A stretch of DNA of 61,020 nt, filler included, from Sphacelaria rigidula (taxonomy: Eukaryota): assembly GCA_964200075.2 (NCBI GenBank). It is 9 parts of 9 records of this genome, joined end to end, with 100 filler letters (N's around TTAATTAATTAA, not from the genome) between each part and the next. Parts side by side here need not be neighbours in the genome. Positions count along the whole stretch, not along the records: positions 54,330 to 61,020 come from CAXNAA020018596.1; 8 more parts are not named here. One strand, 5' to 3'. Both the position numbers and the translations under genes were made by a program. Of the stretch, positions 60,952 through 61,020 are shown in pieces. The number at the start of each line of letters is the position of its first letter. The stretch's first letter is position 1. Below the pieces are notes generated by a model that saw only the letters and a list, made by a program, of their open reading frames with translations, ran no database searches and was not told where the DNA came from.

Positions 60952-61020
60952 GGTCGCCCCGGTGGCTCAGTTGGTAGCCTCGTAACCTTCTGATGGTTGA
61001 GCTGTGGGGTTCGATTCCCG
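60952..61020 (+). mobile_element. tRNA-derived SINE head or tRNA pseudogene (anticodon-like CTG), truncated by contig end
   Basis: A-box TGGCTCAGTTGG, stem TAACC/GGTTG with loop TTCTGAT, B-box GGTTCGATTCC; poor D-stem; second copy at 33796. Confidence 0.72.

Noticed and set aside
1..61020. Degenerating sex-determining region (pseudogenes plus high TE density)
   Set aside because: The contigs are unlinked, so regional inferences are unsupported

Overview
Repeat-rich eukaryotic nuclear DNA, most likely from a brown alga or related stramenopile (fucoxanthin-chlorophyll Lhcf relic, GT-AG introns). The window is not contiguous genome. Eight identical 100-nt N/TTAATTAATTAA/N linkers occur exactly 6791 bp apart, so it is nine unrelated, length-sorted contigs (6692 bp + 8 x 6691 bp), and adjacency across linkers is meaningless. 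Host gene pieces are SF3B4 exon 1, three SAAL1-like exons, head-to-head RAD51B-like and GPAA1 first exons, and a three-exon Lhcf pseudogene. The rest is largely transposon debris: a Copia RT/RNase H relic split by a MULE (9-bp TSD), two piggyBac-like copies sharing a frame-conserved small ORF, a hAT-like element (8-bp TSD) with a nested Tc1/mariner-like element, tandem foldback Harbinger-like MITEs, a LINE fragment and tRNA-derived SINE heads. The most novel-looking items are (i) a retroelement Gag with an N-terminal PAM2-like motif, a CCCH finger and a TGA plus GC-rich stem-loop before the protease, (ii) a Ulp1-like protease relic co-oriented with a 'GDQP...GFHH' transposase-like relic in one contig, and (iii) the conserved cargo ORF in the piggyBac-like elements. 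All homology calls are by-eye motif recognition; no searches were run.
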